A stretch of DNA of 47,040 nt from Candidatus Moranbacteria bacterium GW2011_GWE1_49_15 (GCA_001003855.1 LCPX01000013.1:1-47040); one strand, 5' to 3'. Positions 33,401 through 42,935 are shown, counted from the first letter of the stretch. The notes: generated by a model from the sequence alone, not told the origin. A program made the numbers and translations.

Positions 33401-34261
33401 ATGGGAGAAGAAACATATAAAAAATATAAAATTATGCGCGACCCGAGGATAAAAAAGAGGATTTTGATCATAACGGCTTATGTGGCCATTTTTTTGACGG
33501 CGGTTTTCTTGGTGTATGGCGTCGTTTCCAAAGATCCGACCTGCTCCGACGGCAACCAGAACCAGAACGAGAAGGGTGTGGATTGCGGAGGGACCTGTTC
33601 CCCTTGCCGCGACATCTCCGCATCGCAGGACATCTCGGTCGTGGAAAGCGACTTCGTCTTCGGAGGAAATGACACCTATGACGCCTTGGTGAGGATTTCC
33701 AATTCCAATTCGAGCGTGGGAGCCTCGTCTTTTTCATACAAGGCTTCGCTCAAAGACGCTTCAGGGGCTGTGCTGGACGAGAAAACAGGCAAAGGTTTCG
33801 TCATGCCGGCCGAGTCCAAATATCTCATAATCCTGGGATTCTCCGTTTCCGGAAACGACAATCCCTCCTCACTCGATTTCGTCGTTTCGGAAGTAAAGTG
33901 GGAGGAATTCACCAAATACCAAAAACCCCAGCTCGGGGTATATAGCAAGCGCTTCAGTCTGCTTTCCGACATCGTCGGCGGGGAAGCTTACGGCGTGCTT
34001 CGCAACGAGAGCGGTTTCGATTTCGCTTCCATCAAAGTCAACGTGATTTTGAGGGACAGTGCGAATAAGCCCTTGGCGCTCAATACCACCGTGATCAATA
34101 CGGTCAAATCCGGCGAGGAGCGGGATTTCAAGCTCATTTGGCCGTACCAGCTTCCGGGTGAAGTGAAGAATATCGAAACGGAAGCGGAGGCCGACACCTA
34201 CAACACGCAGAATTTCATCAAGACCTACGTGCCTGACAGGAGTTTCCAATTCCAGCAATAA
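33401..34261 (+). CDS. membrane-anchored extracytoplasmic protein with 4-Cys module (CSDGNQNQNEKGVDCGGTCSPC) and a beta-rich domain
   Basis: Start moved to ATG 33401, because the ORF-track N-terminus overlaps the 5S rRNA. One TM segment follows, then the Cys module. Confidence 0.6.
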   Translation: MGEETYKKYKIMRDPRIKKRILIITAYVAIFLTAVFLVYGVVSKDPTCSDGNQNQNEKGVDCGGTCSPCRDISASQDISVVESDFVFGGNDTYDALVRISNSNSSVGASSFSYKASLKDASGAVLDEKTGKGFVMPAESKYLIILGFSVSGNDNPSSLDFVVSEVKWEEFTKYQKPQLGVYSKRFSLLSDIVGGEAYGVLRNESGFDFASIKVNVILRDSANKPLALNTTVINTVKSGEERDFKLIWPYQLPGEVKNIETEAEADTYNTQNFIKTYVPDRSFQFQQ

Positions 34262-34282
34262 CGCTTTCGCCGCACACGAATT

Positions 34283-35389
34283 ATGATCAACAAGTTATTT
34301 AAAGCCGATTGGGTGTTACTTGGCTCGGTGTTCCTGCTTTTAGGGATAGGCTTGGCCGTGCTTTACAGCATAACCAACACCGGAACGGAAAGCTCTTCGC
34401 TTACGGTGTTTTGGAGGCAGGTCCTCTATGCCGGCTTGGCCGTCGCGGCCATGCTTTTTTTCGCCCTGAGCAATTTCCATTATCTGCGCTCCTATAGCAC
34501 TGCTATATATTTCGCCACCCTTTTCGTTCTTTTGTCCGTGCTCATATTCGGGACGACGGTGAGGGGGACTTCGGGATGGATAGGGCTCGGGGCTTTCCGC
34601 ATCCAGCCGGTGGAGATTTCGAAAATCGCCCTGATAATCTTTTTGGCCAGCTTTATCTCACAAAAGAGAATGGAACTGGGGGAGACCGGAAGGTTGGTGG
34701 CGTCCTTCATCCTCACGTCGATCATGCTGATTCTGGTCATCAAGCAGCCGGACTTCGGATCGTCCATGGTCCTTCTTTCCATCTGGGTGGGAATGACCCT
34801 GGTCTCGGGAATTAGTCGGAAGCTCATGTTGACGATAGTCTTTTTCGCCGCCATTTTTTCATTCGTGGGCTGGTTCCAGCTCGCCCCATACCAAAAGGAC
34901 CGCATAATGAGCTTCGTCGATCCGACAAGGGACCCGATGGGGGCGGGATACAACGTGAAGCAGTCCATAGTCGCGGTAGGTTCCGGGGGGCTCACCGGCA
35001 AGGGCATCGGCCACGGGTCGCAATCCCAGCTTAACTTCTTGCCGGAAAAGCACACGGACTTCATTTTCGCTTCCATTGCCGAGGAATTGGGTTTTCTGGG
35101 ATCGACCTTCGTGATTGCCCTTTTCGGCACGGTTTTTTACAGGATAAGGAGGATAGCGCAGACCGCCCCTGATAATTTCGGCTATTTGGTGGCAGTGGGG
35201 GTACTGGTCATGTTTTTCGTCCAATCCTTCATCAATATCGGCATGAACATGGGAATTGTCCCGGTCACGGGTATACCTTTGCCGTTTTTGAGTTATGGTG
35301 GCAGTTCCCTCATATCCGTTTTTGCCGCGGTCGGCATCCTTTTGAACATATATTCAAGGAGGGAAAGCGCCATTAAGACGGAATATTGA
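34283..35389 (+). CDS. SEDS-family peptidoglycan polymerase (FtsW/RodA)
   Basis: 368 aa and polytopic, with ...LPEKHTDFIFA...GLTGKGIG...PLPFLSYGGSS motifs. Confidence 0.9.
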   Translation: MINKLFKADWVLLGSVFLLLGIGLAVLYSITNTGTESSSLTVFWRQVLYAGLAVAAMLFFALSNFHYLRSYSTAIYFATLFVLLSVLIFGTTVRGTSGWIGLGAFRIQPVEISKIALIIFLASFISQKRMELGETGRLVASFILTSIMLILVIKQPDFGSSMVLLSIWVGMTLVSGISRKLMLTIVFFAAIFSFVGWFQLAPYQKDRIMSFVDPTRDPMGAGYNVKQSIVAVGSGGLTGKGIGHGSQSQLNFLPEKHTDFIFASIAEELGFLGSTFVIALFGTVFYRIRRIAQTAPDNFGYLVAVGVLVMFFVQSFINIGMNMGIVPVTGIPLPFLSYGGSSLISVFAAVGILLNIYSRRESAIKTEY

Positions 35390-35488
35390 GATTTCGGGGT
35401 TGACCGGATAGCCGGTGTATGTTAAGCTTATCTGAGCAGTTTAGGGGGTATCCCAGGGAAAATTTTCAATTTAAAAACAGAAGTTTTT

Positions 35489-35797
35489 ATGAAAGGATTT
35501 TCAAAAGAGCTCAGCGACATGGCGAAATGCCCTGTTTGCGAAAAGAAATACAAAAAGCAGAACGCCACGGTGCTGGAAATCGGACAAAAAAGGAACACGG
35601 TCCATTTTTCCTGCGAGGCGTGCCGGGTGTCTTCGTTGGTTTTCGTTTCACAAGACCAAATGGGAAGCGTCGGGGTCGGAATCTTGACGGATCTTTCGGG
35701 AAGTGAGGCGAAAAACGTTTTCCAAAAGGAATCCGTTTCGACGGATCATGTCCTTTCGGTCTATTCGCATCTGGAGACGATATCGGCATCAAAATAG
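35489..35797 (+). CDS. hypothetical zinc-ribbon protein (102 aa)
   Basis: CPVCEKK...CEACRV pair of CxxC motifs. Confidence 0.45.
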   Translation: MKGFSKELSDMAKCPVCEKKYKKQNATVLEIGQKRNTVHFSCEACRVSSLVFVSQDQMGSVGVGILTDLSGSEAKNVFQKESVSTDHVLSVYSHLETISASK

Positions 35798-35845
35798 CGA
35801 GGAAGCGCAAGTTTAATATTTTTTTAATTTTTACAAATTTATCGT

Positions 35846-36520
35846 ATGAACAAGATTGCACTGAAAGCGACTGTCAGGGATGTGGTCGGAAAAAAAGTGA
35901 AAAAGATCGTGAAGAGCGACGGTATGATTCCGGCTGTCCTTTATGGACATGGAGAAGAAAACAAGAACCTCTGGGTGAAATACCTGGATTTTTCGAAGGT
36001 ATATGCGAAAGCCGGAGAAAACGCCATCGTGGATATTGAGATCGACGGTAAGAGCCATCCTTCTCTCGTTTATGATACCCAGCTTGAGCCGATGAGCGGG
36101 AATTTCTACCACGTGGATTTCTTGAAAGTGAACATGAAGGAGGACGTGCAGGCTGAAATTCCGTTGGAATTCGTCGGAGAATCCGCGGCTGTCAAAGCGC
36201 TCGGAGGAGTTTTGATCAAAACTTTGGAAGAAGTCGAGGTCAAATGTCTTCCATCCGAACTGCCTTCCAATTTCGTAATCGATATTTCCGCGCTGGCTAC
36301 GTTCGATGACCAGATCAAAGTCGGAGACATCAAAGTCCCTGCCGGAGTCGAAATCATGGACGACATGGACACGGTGATCGCCTTGGTGGAACGCCCAAGA
36401 TCGGAAGAGGAGCTCGCTTCTTTGGATGAAAAAGTCGAGGCCGACGTGACCAAAGTCGAGGGAGTGGTGAAAGAGACTCCTGCCGCCAATGGAGAGGAAG
36501 AGAAGAAGGAAAAGAAATAA
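35846..36520 (+). CDS. rplY: 50S ribosomal protein L25 (Ctc form)
   Basis: GKKVKKIVKSDGMIPAVLYGHGEEN N-terminus and an acidic C-terminal extension. Confidence 0.88.
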   Translation: MNKIALKATVRDVVGKKVKKIVKSDGMIPAVLYGHGEENKNLWVKYLDFSKVYAKAGENAIVDIEIDGKSHPSLVYDTQLEPMSGNFYHVDFLKVNMKEDVQAEIPLEFVGESAAVKALGGVLIKTLEEVEVKCLPSELPSNFVIDISALATFDDQIKVGDIKVPAGVEIMDDMDTVIALVERPRSEEELASLDEKVEADVTKVEGVVKETPAANGEEEKKEKK

Positions 36521-36546
36521 TTCAAGTTTCGGAGATATTCCAAGAA

Positions 36547-36574
36547 ACGTCCTGCGCAAGCGGGGCGTTTTTTT
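36547..36574 (+). terminator. rho-independent terminator after rplY
   Basis: acgtcctgc gcaa gcggggcgt followed by TTTTTTT. Confidence 0.75.
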
Positions 36575-36601
36575 GACCGAAAGCCCGGGCGGTGGTATAA
36601 T
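36573..36601 (+). promoter_or_regulatory. sigma70-like promoter TTGACC-17-TATAAT
   Basis: Hexamers at 36573..36578 and 36596..36601. ATG 36611 is only 10 nt past the -10 box, and there is no SD. Confidence 0.6.
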
Positions 36602-36610
36602 GGGGCGCAG

Positions 36611-37957
36611 ATGGGTATCAAGATAAAAAACAAAAGAAAACTTATTTTGGGAATGCTGACGCTTGCCATGTTCGTCGTGGCAAGTTTTTCTTTTTATAAT
36701 TCCCCGGCTTTCGCCGAGGACAGTGCCGATGACGTCAAGGACAGCATCGACAGTATTGAAAAGAAATTGGAAAAAGAACAGGCGGCCAAAGCCAAGCTTG
36801 AAGCCGAATTGGCCCAGATCCAAAATTCAGTGTATTCCACTCAGGCCCAGATAGACAAAACCAGAGCTCTTATTAAAGAGTCAGAGGCGAACATTTCCAG
36901 AATGGAGGAGGACGTCAAGCAACTGGGCGAGAAGATCGATTTCCAAAAAGAAATCCTGAAGAATTTGATCCAAGAGGTTTATATGCGAAAAACGGAGCCT
37001 ATTTTGTCTATGGCAATCTTCAAGGGGGATTTTTCCAAAGTCTTCGGAAGAGTGGACAGTTTACTGAGCATGGAGGAAAAAATTCTCCAGATCGCGCAGG
37101 AGGTCAGGGAAACCAAGGAGAAGGTCGAAGCGGAGCAGGAAAAGATAGCGCAAGCCAAGGAGGATCACGAGAAGCTTCTGGAAAATAAGGTCGTTCAGCA
37201 GTACGCTCTTTTGGCTGACAGAGCGGAAACGCAGGATGATATAGAAGATAAAGAGGCTGTTATAGTAAAACTCAGGGAAAAGCTTGCTGACTTGCAAAGC
37301 GACCTGGCAACTTTAACAGGCAAATCATTCGATGCTAAGGATATTCGTGAGGCAGTTGAATTTGCTAGTGATCATACCGATGTTCCAGAAGGTGTACTGT
37401 ACGGATTTTTAGGAGCGGAGACGCACTTTAACGCCAACACTGGTCAGTGCACTTATGATGAAGTGGAAGATGCTGCCATGAAAAACTACTCTAAGCTTTT
37501 GAAAATAAGCAAGAATTGGCAGGCTTCAATAGATAAGCTAGAGGAAAGAAGGGATATTTTTGAAGATATCGTGGATGACTTGGGATATAGCAAAAAGAAG
37601 AAAGTCTCCTGCACTCCTAGGTGCGACCTGAAGATTTCTGGTAAAACATGGTCATGTACTAATGGGGGATATATCGGACAGGGTGGGGCTATGGGTGTCG
37701 CGCAATTTATGTCCGATGTGTGGCGATATGGTTATGAGGCAGATATTCGCAAGATAACAGGGCACAAAACTCCGGATCCATGGAGCTTGACTGATGGGGT
37801 TTTGGCTATGGCGCTAAAACTTGAAAAAGCAGGAGCTAATTCCAGTAAGGAATCAGTTATCAAGAAGGCGTCTATTAATTATCTGGGAACTTTTAATCAG
37901 AGTTATTATAATAATATTATCTACTGGTCTAAGAATTATAAGCTTATTTTTGATTAA
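36611..37957 (+). CDS. secreted coiled-coil protein with C-terminal lytic-transglycosylase-like domain
   Basis: Signal-peptide-like N-terminus (KRKLILGMLTLAMFVVASFSFYNSPAFA), a long coiled coil, and a C-terminal GGAMGVAQFMSDVW that resembles the GAMGxxQFMPSTW motif of MltB-type enzymes. Confidence 0.6.
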   Translation: MGIKIKNKRKLILGMLTLAMFVVASFSFYNSPAFAEDSADDVKDSIDSIEKKLEKEQAAKAKLEAELAQIQNSVYSTQAQIDKTRALIKESEANISRMEEDVKQLGEKIDFQKEILKNLIQEVYMRKTEPILSMAIFKGDFSKVFGRVDSLLSMEEKILQIAQEVRETKEKVEAEQEKIAQAKEDHEKLLENKVVQQYALLADRAETQDDIEDKEAVIVKLREKLADLQSDLATLTGKSFDAKDIREAVEFASDHTDVPEGVLYGFLGAETHFNANTGQCTYDEVEDAAMKNYSKLLKISKNWQASIDKLEERRDIFEDIVDDLGYSKKKKVSCTPRCDLKISGKTWSCTNGGYIGQGGAMGVAQFMSDVWRYGYEADIRKITGHKTPDPWSLTDGVLAMALKLEKAGANSSKESVIKKASINYLGTFNQSYYNNIIYWSKNYKLIFD

Positions 37958-38044
37958 AATATTATTTTTCGAAATAGGCTTGCATAACGTTGTTTTTTGA
38001 CTTTTTTTACTTCTTGACCGATAATGGCCAGATGATAATTTGAC

Positions 38045-38104
38045 CCTGTTAAATCCGCTTATAGCGGTGCGCTTTGCGCAATTTAACAGGATAAACCCTG
38101 TTTT
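38045..38104 (+). promoter_or_regulatory. structured metG leader (10-bp closing stem enclosing two 5-bp hairpins; alternative pairing with the start region)
   Basis: cctgttaaat / atttaacagg enclose ccgct-tat-agcgg and tgcgc-ttt-gcgca. A second cctgtt at 38095..38100 abuts ATG 38105. Confidence 0.45.
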
Positions 38105-39538
38105 ATGGATAAATTTTACATCACAACTCCGATCTATTACACCAACGCCAAGCCTCATATAGGGCACGCCTACACGACCGTGGCCTGCGACGTTTTGGCG
38201 CGCTGGAACCGCCTTCAGGGAAAGGAGACTTTTTTTCTGACCGGGACGGACGAGCACGGTGCCAAAATCGAAAAGAAAGCGAAAGAGGAAGGGCGCGAGC
38301 CGCAGGAATTCGTCGATGAGATTGCGGCGGTCTTTGTCGATCTTTGGAAGAGGTTGAATATTAGCAACGACGGTTTTATCAGGACCACTTCGCCCCAGCA
38401 CAAAGCCGCCGTCCGGAAAGTTTTGCAAACTCTTTATGATAACGGTTCAATATACAAGGGAACATATAAAGGGCTTTATTGCGTGGGATGCGAACAGTTC
38501 AAGAGCGAGAACGAATTGGTGGACGGGAAGTGCCCCGACCACAACGCCGTTCCAGAAGAGATGGAAGAGGAATGCTATCTGATGAAGATGAATAAATGGC
38601 AGAATACGCTCATTGAAAAAATCAAAAGCGATGAATTCAAGATCCAACCTGAAAGATACAAGAAGGAGATTTTGTCGTTTTTGGAAAGCCAGAAATTGGA
38701 GGATGTTTCCATTTCCCGCAAAAACTTGGCCTGGGGAATACCGCTCCCGTTCGACAACGAGCACACGACCTATGTTTGGATCGATGCGTTTTTGAATTAT
38801 TTGACCGGGCTCGGTTGGGACGGGGACTTGAAAAACGTTCCGGCGATGTGGCCGGCGGAAGTGGAGATGCTTGGAAAGGATATCTTGCGCGTCCATGCCA
38901 CTATCTGGGCGGCGACGCTTTTGAATCTGGGAATCGAGCTTCCGAAAAGCTTTTTCATCCACGGGCATATCCTTTCAGGCGGAAAGAAGATGAGCAAGAC
39001 GCTTGGAAACGTGATCGGTATTGATGAGATGTTGGAAAAATTCGGTGTCGATGGCACGAGATATCTTTTGATGAGCGGGGGGACTTTTGGGGATGACCTT
39101 GATCTGACCATGGAAAGGATGACGGAGAAATACAACAATGATTTGGCTAATGGTCTGGGAAATCTTGTTTCAAGGGTAATAAAATTAGGTGAAAAAGTTG
39201 ATATCGGCACCATGGATATTCTCAAGATCACAGAAAATGACAAAAGATATCCCAAGATAGATCAGTCAATATTGCTTATAGATAAGTTCGAAATAGATGG
39301 AGCGATCCAACATATATGGGACTTGGTAAGGGGAGATAACAGATTTATTGAGGATAATAAGCCCTGGGAACTGGCAAAAAGTGATGAAGAAAAATTCAAC
39401 GAAGTCATGTCGAAACTGTTGTCGGATCTTTCCGTAATCGCGCACTTGCTGAAACCTTTCATGCCTGAAACTTCGGAGAAAATAAGAACCGCCCTTGAAA
39501 CCAGAAAGGCGGAACCACTCTTCCAAAGAATCAAATAA
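38105..39538 (+). CDS. metG: methionyl-tRNA synthetase
   Basis: HIGH motif (KPHIGHAYT), KMSKS motif (KMSKTLGN) and a Zn knuckle (CVGCEQF...CPDH). Confidence 0.93.
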   Translation: MDKFYITTPIYYTNAKPHIGHAYTTVACDVLARWNRLQGKETFFLTGTDEHGAKIEKKAKEEGREPQEFVDEIAAVFVDLWKRLNISNDGFIRTTSPQHKAAVRKVLQTLYDNGSIYKGTYKGLYCVGCEQFKSENELVDGKCPDHNAVPEEMEEECYLMKMNKWQNTLIEKIKSDEFKIQPERYKKEILSFLESQKLEDVSISRKNLAWGIPLPFDNEHTTYVWIDAFLNYLTGLGWDGDLKNVPAMWPAEVEMLGKDILRVHATIWAATLLNLGIELPKSFFIHGHILSGGKKMSKTLGNVIGIDEMLEKFGVDGTRYLLMSGGTFGDDLDLTMERMTEKYNNDLANGLGNLVSRVIKLGEKVDIGTMDILKITENDKRYPKIDQSILLIDKFEIDGAIQHIWDLVRGDNRFIEDNKPWELAKSDEEKFNEVMSKLLSDLSVIAHLLKPFMPETSEKIRTALETRKAEPLFQRIK

Positions 39539-39616
39539 CAGCTTTTCAGGCTTTAGCTTCCTGGCTTCTTAGTTTTGAATTTCCTAAAAAGCTGATTCCT
39601 AAAAAGCTAAAAAGCT
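39539..39616. repeat. word-repeat spacer (AGCTTTTCAGG ... CCTAAAAAGCT x2-3)
   Basis: cctaaaaagct gatt cctaaaaagct aaaaagct directly before the tatD ATG, with an inverted copy agcttttcagg at the left end. Confidence 0.65.
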
Positions 39617-40471
39617 ATGTATTTCGACACCCACGCCCATGTGAACTTCTCCGCCTATAAGGATGACGGGGAAAAAGTTTTGAAAAGAGCCCTCGACGGA
39701 GGTGTTTTCGTCGTGAACGTCGGTTCGCAATATTCGACTAGCAAAAGGGCGGTGGAATATGCGCATAAGTTCGAGGCCGGGGTCTGGGCGGCGGTCGGAA
39801 TCCATCCGGTGCATCTTAAGGTGGGAAAATTCGTGCACCGCGATGAGAACGAATTAGAGGAAACTGAGTTCGCGACCAAGGGGGAGGGTTTGGATTATGA
39901 GAAGTTTCTGGAATTGGCCAAGGATGAAAAGGTCGTGGCGATCGGAGAAGTCGGATTGGATTACCATCATTTCGAAGAAGGCGACGACGTGGCCGCTTTG
40001 ATCAAGAAACAAAGGGAAGTTTTGATCGAGGCCATCAGACTGGCCAACGAGGTCCGAAAGCCGGTGATGCTCCATTGTTGGGACGCCTACGACGACCTTT
40101 TGGAAATCCTTGAGAAGCATCCGGTGGTAAAGAAGGGTGTGGTGCACAGTTTCATCGGGTCACACAAGACCGCCAAGAAATTCATCGAATTGGGATATAA
40201 AATAGGACTCAACGGCATCGCGACCTATGGGGAAAGCTATGACAAGCTGATCCGAGAGGTGGATTTGAGATATATCCTTTTGGAAACGGATTGCCCGTAT
40301 CTCACCCCGCGCCCGCTTGAAAAAGGCCTTCGCAACGAACCTTTATTTGTGAAAAATGTCGCCCAGAAAATCGCGGACGTGAAGGGGGTTTCCGTGGAGG
40401 AGATAGGGCGGATTACAAGCGAAAATGCCAGGAAAATTTTCGATATTGACACGTCCCGTTTTCAGGCGTAA
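39617..40471 (+). CDS. tatD: TatD-family metal-dependent hydrolase
   Basis: MYFDTHAHVNF start, plus EVGLDYH and the distribution of conserved His and Asp residues. Confidence 0.85.
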   Translation: MYFDTHAHVNFSAYKDDGEKVLKRALDGGVFVVNVGSQYSTSKRAVEYAHKFEAGVWAAVGIHPVHLKVGKFVHRDENELEETEFATKGEGLDYEKFLELAKDEKVVAIGEVGLDYHHFEEGDDVAALIKKQREVLIEAIRLANEVRKPVMLHCWDAYDDLLEILEKHPVVKKGVVHSFIGSHKTAKKFIELGYKIGLNGIATYGESYDKLIREVDLRYILLETDCPYLTPRPLEKGLRNEPLFVKNVAQKIADVKGVSVEEIGRITSENARKIFDIDTSRFQA

Positions 40472-40500
40472 AATGGTAGGTGGTTCCTGAAACACCATCT

Positions 40501-40812
40501 ATGAGCGAGAAAAACAAAAGTATTAAACAGTTGGTATTTGGCATGGCCGCCTATACGAGCGCTTCCATCATGGGACCGCTTATTATTTTTGGCGGGTTCG
40601 GATACTTTCTAGACAAGCTTTTGGGGAAGTACCCGCTCTGGACTTTGGTTTTTTTGGCAGTCGCATTCGTTTTGACGAACATCTTGCTTTTCCGAAAAAT
40701 CAAAAAACTCAGTGCTGTCATGGAAAAATACGGAGAAGAAATGAAGAAAAAGAAGCAGGAGGAGGAGAAAAGCGCAGAAGAAAAGAGAGATAAAAATGAT
40801 AACAATTCCTAG
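40501..40812 (+). CDS. AtpZ/AtpI-like small membrane protein of the ATP synthase operon
   Basis: Two TM segments (ASIMGPLIIFGGFGYFLDKLL, LWTLVFLAVAFVLTNILLF) and its position before atpB. The start is ATG 40501 or GTG 40480. Confidence 0.6.
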   Translation: MSEKNKSIKQLVFGMAAYTSASIMGPLIIFGGFGYFLDKLLGKYPLWTLVFLAVAFVLTNILLFRKIKKLSAVMEKYGEEMKKKKQEEEKSAEEKRDKNDNNS

Positions 40813-40831
40813 GATCTAGGATTCGAAAAAA

Positions 40832-41593
40832 ATGGAACTCAACATCTCATTGGCACCGGACATACTTTTCTATATCGGAAGCCTTCCGGTCACCAACACC
40901 TTAATCGGATCTTTCGTCATAAGCGCGGTCATCATTGCGGCTATGCTTTTGGTCAAGAAAAGATTGAAAAAGGACACTCCTGGAAAATTCCAGAATTTGG
41001 TGGAATTTCTGATGAGCGGGGCATATGATTTCGTAGTTTCGATAATCGGAAGTGAAAAGAAAGCCAAGAAGATCTTTCCGTTGGCTTTCACGCTGTTCAT
41101 CTTCATTTTGGTTGCGAACTTGGCGACTTTCATTCCCGGCCAAGCGGCGGTGACGTTCAACCGGGGCGGGGAAAGCGTCGCGATCTTCCGGGCGGTCATG
41201 GCTGATTATGGGATGGTGTTTGTGATGACGATGATCACCGTTATTTTGGTACAGATCGTCGCGATAGCCGTGCACGGACCGTTCGGGTATATGGGGAAAT
41301 TCTTCAACTTCAAGAGTCCACTCAGTTTTTTTCTGGGGCTTATGGATATCGTCGGGGAATTGGCCAAGATAGTCTCGTTGTCATTTCGTCTGTTCGGAAA
41401 CATATTCGCAGGAGAGGTTTTGGGCGCGGTGATGCTTTTTTTGGCTCCGTTTTTGGTACCGCTTCCGTTCATGTTCTTGGGACTGCTCAGCGCGGTCGTC
41501 CAGGCATTCGTGTTCGCAGTGCTCACCGTGGTGTTCGTGAAGCTGGCATCGGAAATAGAAGAAGAGGAGTTAGTGGAAGAGGCCAGTATGTAA
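40832..41593 (+). CDS. atpB: F0F1 ATP synthase subunit a
   Basis: 253 aa with the conserved LSFRLFGNIFAGE motif. Confidence 0.9.
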   Translation: MELNISLAPDILFYIGSLPVTNTLIGSFVISAVIIAAMLLVKKRLKKDTPGKFQNLVEFLMSGAYDFVVSIIGSEKKAKKIFPLAFTLFIFILVANLATFIPGQAAVTFNRGGESVAIFRAVMADYGMVFVMTMITVILVQIVAIAVHGPFGYMGKFFNFKSPLSFFLGLMDIVGELAKIVSLSFRLFGNIFAGEVLGAVMLFLAPFLVPLPFMFLGLLSAVVQAFVFAVLTVVFVKLASEIEEEELVEEASM

Positions 41594-41611
41594 ATTTGGT
41601 TAAATAATTAA

Positions 41612-41860
<249 letters not shown>

Positions 41861-41870
41861 AAGACGCAGA

Positions 41871-41992
41871 CTTCGGTTTTAATGTCTTGGGACTTACGCA
41901 TTTGCTCTTGCTCGAACGAGCCTCTATGCGCTATGCGCAAATACTCATTCTTGCGGCGATCAAACGCGCAAGTCCCGTATCTAAAACCGAAG
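41871..41992. repeat. about 120-nt imperfect hairpin element between atpE and atpF
   Basis: Arms cttcggttttaatgtcttgggacttacgc and gcgcaagtcccgtatctaaaaccgaag. Confidence 0.65.
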
Positions 41993-42029
41993 AATAGTGG
42001 ATTTTAATTAAAATTAAGTTTTTATCGAT

Positions 42030-42524
42030 ATGGAACTTTTTGAGGCTCTTGGTCTGAACGTGAAGATACTTTTGGCGCAGCTGGTTAACTTTGCTGTGTT
42101 GCTTTTTGTGATTTATAAGTTCGGATACGGTCCGATCATGAAGGTCCTTAATGACAGGCAAAACAAAATCGAAAAGGGCATCAAGGATGCGAACGAAGCC
42201 AAGGAAAAATTAGTCGAAATAGGGAACAAAGAAAAAGAGGTGTTGGCCGAGGCCAGAAGGGAAGCGCAAGAGATAATAAAGAAGGCGCAAGCGATCGCTG
42301 AGGAAAGCAAGGCGGAAGTGGTGGAAATAACCAAGCAAGAGGCCGCTAAGATCATGGCGGACACGAAGAAGAAAATCGAACAGGAAAGGGCCCAGATAAT
42401 GAGCGAGGTGAAGGGCGAGATCTCGGAGCTTATCATAACCGCGACAGAAAAGATCATCGGCAAGAAAATGGACGCCCAGGAGGACAAGCGCTTGGTGGAG
42501 GAAATAGTCGGAGGAATAAAATAA
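42030..42524 (+). CDS. atpF: F0F1 ATP synthase subunit b
   Basis: N-terminal TM segment followed by a long charged helix. Confidence 0.88.
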   Translation: MELFEALGLNVKILLAQLVNFAVLLFVIYKFGYGPIMKVLNDRQNKIEKGIKDANEAKEKLVEIGNKEKEVLAEARREAQEIIKKAQAIAEESKAEVVEITKQEAAKIMADTKKKIEQERAQIMSEVKGEISELIITATEKIIGKKMDAQEDKRLVEEIVGGIK

Positions 42525-42533
42525 TTTAAAAAT

Positions 42534-42935
42534 ATGAAAGTTTCAACAACTGATTACGCGAAAACCTTATATGAGATGACGAAAGGGAAGTCCCAGGGAG
42601 AGATCGACGGGATCGTTTCCGATTTCGCGAAATTTTTGTTGAAAAAAAGGCAGGCGGGAAAAATCGGAAAAATCTCCGAGAAGTTTTCCCAGATCTGGAA
42701 CGCGAAAAACAAGACGGTAGACTGCGAAATTTCGAGCGTGCAGAAGTTGGACGACCAGGTCGTGGAAAAAATCAGGAAATATGTCGCCGAGAAGTACCAC
42801 GCTGAGAAGGTGAATGTGGAAAACAGGATAGACGGGAAATTGAAAGGTGGAATCGTGATCAGAGTCGGAAACGAGATGATAGACGCGAGTGTTTCGGGAA
42901 TGATTTTCAGGTTAAAAAAGTCATTAACTAATTAA
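42534..42935 (+). CDS. atpH: F0F1 ATP synthase subunit delta (short, 133 aa)
   Basis: C-terminal GGIVIRVGNEMIDASVSGMI is typical of OSCP/delta. Position between atpF and atpA. Confidence 0.8.
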   Translation: MKVSTTDYAKTLYEMTKGKSQGEIDGIVSDFAKFLLKKRQAGKIGKISEKFSQIWNAKNKTVDCEISSVQKLDDQVVEKIRKYVAEKYHAEKVNVENRIDGKLKGGIVIRVGNEMIDASVSGMIFRLKKSLTN

